Source: an uncultured Candidatus Saccharimonas sp.
Lineage (GTDB): Bacteria > Patescibacteriota > Saccharimonadia > Saccharimonadales > AWTP1-31
Direction: 5' to 3'
DNA: 64,000 nucleotides
NCBI GenBank assembly: GCA_943354005.1
Contig: CALRBE010000006.1
Span: 11,674-75,673 of the forward strand
A program made the position numbers and the translations under genes. Below, in pieces: positions 61,286 through 64,000 of this stretch (its first letter is position 1; every line of letters begins with the position of its first letter). The notes under the pieces are model-generated. The model was not told the origin of the DNA and searched no databases. It saw only the letters and a list, made by a program, of their open reading frames with translations.

Positions 61286-63505
61286 TTATTTGCTCTTGGG
61301 TATCGTAAAGCCAAAGGCACTGCCCCTACCTTCTAAGCTTGTAAATAGAACTGCACCACCCTGCGCAATAATGACTTTTTTGGCCATGAATAGACCTAAC
61401 CCCGTGCCATCCGGACGTGCTTTTTTAGCATTCTGCGCTCTAAAGAACTTCGTAAAGAGGTGTTTTTGCTCAGCTTTTGGAATACCGAGGCCATTATCTT
61501 CTACGATAAATTCTATACTCTTGTCTGTATCTTTGAGGCTTACAGTGATGTGTCCTCCTTTTTGGGTGTAATGTAGGGCATTATCCATAAAGTTCATGAT
61601 AACTTGTCTAATCTTTGTTTCATCAAGGTTCATTTCTGGGAAAGATGCGGGTTTTTTATACTCAAGTGTCTGGTTATTACTCTTTGCGGCTTCTTGCAGT
61701 TGACTGACTTCTGCCTCAATAACTTCAGCTAGATTAGTTGGCCTGTTCTCTATGACAAATTTGCCTGTTCTTAGCCTAGATACATTTAATAGGTCTGAAA
61801 TTAGGTAAACCATTCGTTGACTACTTAAGAATGCCTGCTCCAGGAGAGCTTTTTGTTGTTTTGAGATCTTTCCAGCATCTCCTTCAACAACCATACTGAC
61901 ATATCCTTTTACTGCAGTTAGTGGCGTGCGTAACTGATGTGAGGCCATTGATATGAAGTCATCTTTAGTTTCATCGAGTGCTTTTAGTTTCTCGTTACTA
62001 CTTCGTAGTAACTTTGTTGCTTCATCCACTTTTTGCTGCAGGGTAATGTTAAACGCTTGAATTTCTTCAAAGCGAAGAGCATTTTGTACGGCGATAACAA
62101 GCTCGTTAACAATAATATCTAGTACCTGCAAGTCTTGTGCCGTATATACGTTTCCGCTTTGCTTGTTGCCAAAAACAAGATATCCAAGAGCGTCCGTACC
62201 CTTACCGTTTGAAGATAATACGCCTACTATAGAGATGTTTCGGCCAAGCAGCCCCTGGCGTATTTCCATATTTAGGTTAGGTAAATCTTCGATAATGATA
62301 ACCCCTCCCTGGTGTATCTGAGATATCGCTTCAACTTGTTGAGCATCAAGAGACCCTTTTGCCGAACCAATTGTCCTGGTGGTATTTTTATTTGAGTCAA
62401 GGAGTACGAAACTACAAAACTCTGGTTTTAGTGTCTCCTGGAATAATTTGGCGCTTTGCTCTAGTAAAGGTATTACATCGACGGTCGCTACCAGGATCTT
62501 ATTAAGTTCATCAAGCAATTCTCGAGTATCGTATGCATCCCTGTAAAAAAGCTTAGTCGTGAATGAATCGAAGAAATGCTTTAAAGGATTTAGGCTAATT
62601 CCAAAGAGAAGTGTCGCAATAACGTAGATTGTAATTTGCTGACCACTGACACTATCTGTTCCAAGTAAGCTTCCAGCTACTCCAAAGATTACTAATATAT
62701 ATCCAGCCACTAGGGTTGCGATAGTGAGAACGTAAGCCAATGAACGCACAACAAGAAATCTAACATCAAATAGCTGGTGCTTAACAATAGCGTATGAAAA
62801 TCCAAAGCTTAAGATGAGAGTGAATAAAGGGCCAAAATTAGTAGCAGCAAATGAGCCTGTGATGAAAGGTATTGCGGCATTTGTTGCAACCGCCAATGCT
62901 AAAGTCATGAATAGGCTAAATAGCATGATACTAAAGCGAGCCTTATCTTGTTTTTTGGCTCGTTTAGTAGCAACAATTAATGATCCTACAATTATTAGGA
63001 CGTTGAGTAAAAGAACTAAAAAATATAGAAAAGATAAAGGTCCAAAGGTTATTGCGTATACACTTCCTTGCAGAAGGATATCTTTTACTCCTAGGTTTGT
63101 CATTGGAATAAGCGAGCTAATCACTCCGAGACTAATGAGAGGAATTTTTATCTTTTGTAATAGCGGTATTTCAGTTGCCTGTATCGAGAACAAAACTAAA
63201 TATATAACCGCTATTCCAGATACAGTCAGCACGAGTCGATTAATTAATAGGACGGTGTCATGACTCAGATTTGTTGCATTGCTAAAGTAATTGGCCATTA
63301 CCCAAGCGGCAAGTCCCGTAGTAGCGTAGAAAAAGGTTCGATTTATTTTTCTTTTTGGGTTATTTAGGAAAGATATACCGCCAATAACAAGTATAGATAA
63401 AGCCACTAATGAATTAATAAAAAATAGGCCACTGTTCATAAGCATTATTATACCTGTAAAAATGCTTCCATTGAAACTACTCGATAATTTTCGGAACAAG
63501 TCCAA
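61286..63505 (-). CDS. sensor histidine kinase: multi-TM (7TM-type) N-domain, GAF-like domain, HisKA, HATPase_c
   Basis: The H-box is SMASHQLRTPLTAVKGY, the N-box is MNFMDNALHY, and the G-boxes are DNGLGI and GTGLGL. ATG 63439 is an alternative start, 7 nt after TATAAT at 63452-63447. No response regulator lies adjacent. Confidence 0.9.
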   Translation of the reverse strand: MDLFRKLSSSFNGSIFTGIIMLMNSGLFFINSLVALSILVIGGISFLNNPKRKINRTFFYATTGLAAWVMANYFSNATNLSHDTVLLINRLVLTVSGIAVIYLVLFSIQATEIPLLQKIKIPLISLGVISSLIPMTNLGVKDILLQGSVYAITFGPLSFLYFLVLLLNVLIIVGSLIVATKRAKKQDKARFSIMLFSLFMTLALAVATNAAIPFITGSFAATNFGPLFTLILSFGFSYAIVKHQLFDVRFLVVRSLAYVLTIATLVAGYILVIFGVAGSLLGTDSVSGQQITIYVIATLLFGISLNPLKHFFDSFTTKLFYRDAYDTRELLDELNKILVATVDVIPLLEQSAKLFQETLKPEFCSFVLLDSNKNTTRTIGSAKGSLDAQQVEAISQIHQGGVIIIEDLPNLNMEIRQGLLGRNISIVGVLSSNGKGTDALGYLVFGNKQSGNVYTAQDLQVLDIIVNELVIAVQNALRFEEIQAFNITLQQKVDEATKLLRSSNEKLKALDETKDDFISMASHQLRTPLTAVKGYVSMVVEGDAGKISKQQKALLEQAFLSSQRMVYLISDLLNVSRLRTGKFVIENRPTNLAEVIEAEVSQLQEAAKSNNQTLEYKKPASFPEMNLDETKIRQVIMNFMDNALHYTQKGGHITVSLKDTDKSIEFIVEDNGLGIPKAEQKHLFTKFFRAQNAKKARPDGTGLGLFMAKKVIIAQGGAVLFTSLEGRGSAFGFTIPKSK
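63447..63452 (-). promoter_or_regulatory. -10 box (TATAAT) 7 nt upstream of internal ATG 63439 of the kinase ORF
   Basis: The minus-sense sequence reads caggTATAAT-aatgctt-ATG(63439). It lies inside the 3-prime end of the ThiF-like gene. Confidence 0.3.
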
Positions 63506-64000
63506 GTTTATTTCGAAGAACTAACGTAGCCATTGAACGATAGAAGCCAAACTTGGTATTTCGCAGTACCCGCATTCCATCTACTGGATCAACAACTATG
63601 GCTCCTGGTGCAAGGATTGGATCAGGACGTTTTGTTCCCCTTCCCCCTAAGATATGTCTTAAAGCCTGCTCGCTTGCAATACCGGAAGCTAGAGCTACAC
63701 CACCCGTTAATGAAGGGGCTGATATTTCTCCGTTTGCGACCTGACTAAAAACATTAACATCTACATAGCTAGGCAGATGTCCAAGCCAACGAGAAATAGG
63801 AATATCTAAAATTTTTACTTCGTCTAATGGCATTCCTTCAGGTATTCCAAGCCATTGCTCAAAGCTTTTTCCCTTGCCTGGGACGAATGAAGTCACCTGA
63901 GCTCCAAAGCCTATGTTCATTGCCATTAGTACGCCAATACCGTACTTACGGGCGCTTCTGTTGATCATTGTACCTAGTTCAGGCATCGTGAATTCTGTTT
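63477..64000 (-). CDS. ThiF/MoeB/E1-like adenylyltransferase family protein, C-terminal part (5-prime end beyond window)
   Basis: The frame stays open to position 64000 (..TEFTMPELGTMINRSARKYGIGVLMAMNIGFGAQVTSFVP). This resembles the E1 core pattern R.l.N..c...g.P.v.....G..Gqv..f.P. The remainder is unfamiliar. Confidence 0.5.
   Translation of the reverse strand, partial: TEFTMPELGTMINRSARKYGIGVLMAMNIGFGAQVTSFVPGKGKSFEQWLGIPEGMPLDEVKILDIPISRWLGHLPSYVDVNVFSQVANGEISAPSLTGGVALASGIASEQALRHILGGRGTKRPDPILAPGAIVVDPVDGMRVLRNTKFGFYRSMATLVLRNKLGLVPKIIE

Noticed and set aside
2059-63748. Dozens of 60-195-aa ORFs in the track that lie inside and antisense or out of frame to long conserved genes. Examples are 3466..3969, 8826..9164, 12786..13136, 19111..20178, 25025..26524, 40456..40927, 56244..56588, 57104..57457, 60414..60782 and 62814..63263.
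   Set aside because: Each is fully nested in a gene with clear family motifs. Their compositions mirror the antisense of the real frame (Ser/Pro/Ile-rich). None has its own promoter or SD context.
1-64000. Alternative genetic code (UGA recoding as in some CPR lineages), CRISPR arrays, IS elements, rRNA.
   Set aside because: Long conserved genes end at TAA, TAG or TGA where homology ends; for example pcrA stops at TGA 41545-41547 in an ATGA overlap. I saw no regularly spaced direct repeats, no transposase or integrase motifs, and no rRNA-like sequence.

Overview
The window is a gene-dense, AT-rich bacterial chromosome segment. About 59 protein genes are mostly on the minus strand, with one tRNA-Glu and one tmRNA. 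I found no rRNA, CRISPR array, transposase or integrase. The standard genetic code applies: TGA ends pcrA exactly where homology ends. The gene content suggests a reduced-genome, monoderm-type Patescibacteria/CPR organism, possibly Saccharibacteria-like. That content includes short UvrC and AlaRS forms, a class II photolyase, LPXTG proteins, a G5/DUF348 wall protein and many PT-rich membrane-anchored hypotheticals. The lineage assignment is inference only. The housekeeping backbone is pepP-uvrC-trhO, an ABC exporter, L25, dedA, uvrA, sbcB-phr, obg, a LysM/CHAP hydrolase, alaS-(ftsA-like)-ruvX-mltG, mnmA, a cysteine desulfurase, metG-tatD, rsmA, pcrA-nudix and pyk-pgk-tpiA. The observations most worth a second look are listed below.
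- A PafA/Dop (Pup-ligase family) homolog has no visible Pup or proteasome partner. It sits just downstream of ssrA, next to a CDP-alcohol phosphatidyltransferase and an unannotated 53-aa zinc-ribbon ORF.
- The tmRNA has a T-loop that reads GGCAGUA instead of UUCRANY.
- A -10 box lies 6-8 nt from the start codon at about a dozen operon-first genes, which implies leaderless mRNAs.
- A vWA-MoxR-DUF58 operon and the adjacent lipoprotein/LPXTG-PKD operon share an identical 16-nt -35/UP sequence.
- An orphan ATP-synthase b/delta-like pair is wedged between the cysteine desulfurase gene and mnmA.
- A plus-strand cluster of secreted proteins lies next to tRNA-Glu, and one of its genes carries a slippage-prone GGC/GGT tract.
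- A 1054-aa CSLREA/beta-helix surface protein has an LPXTG-like tail.
All functional calls rest on motif recognition by eye. No searches were run.
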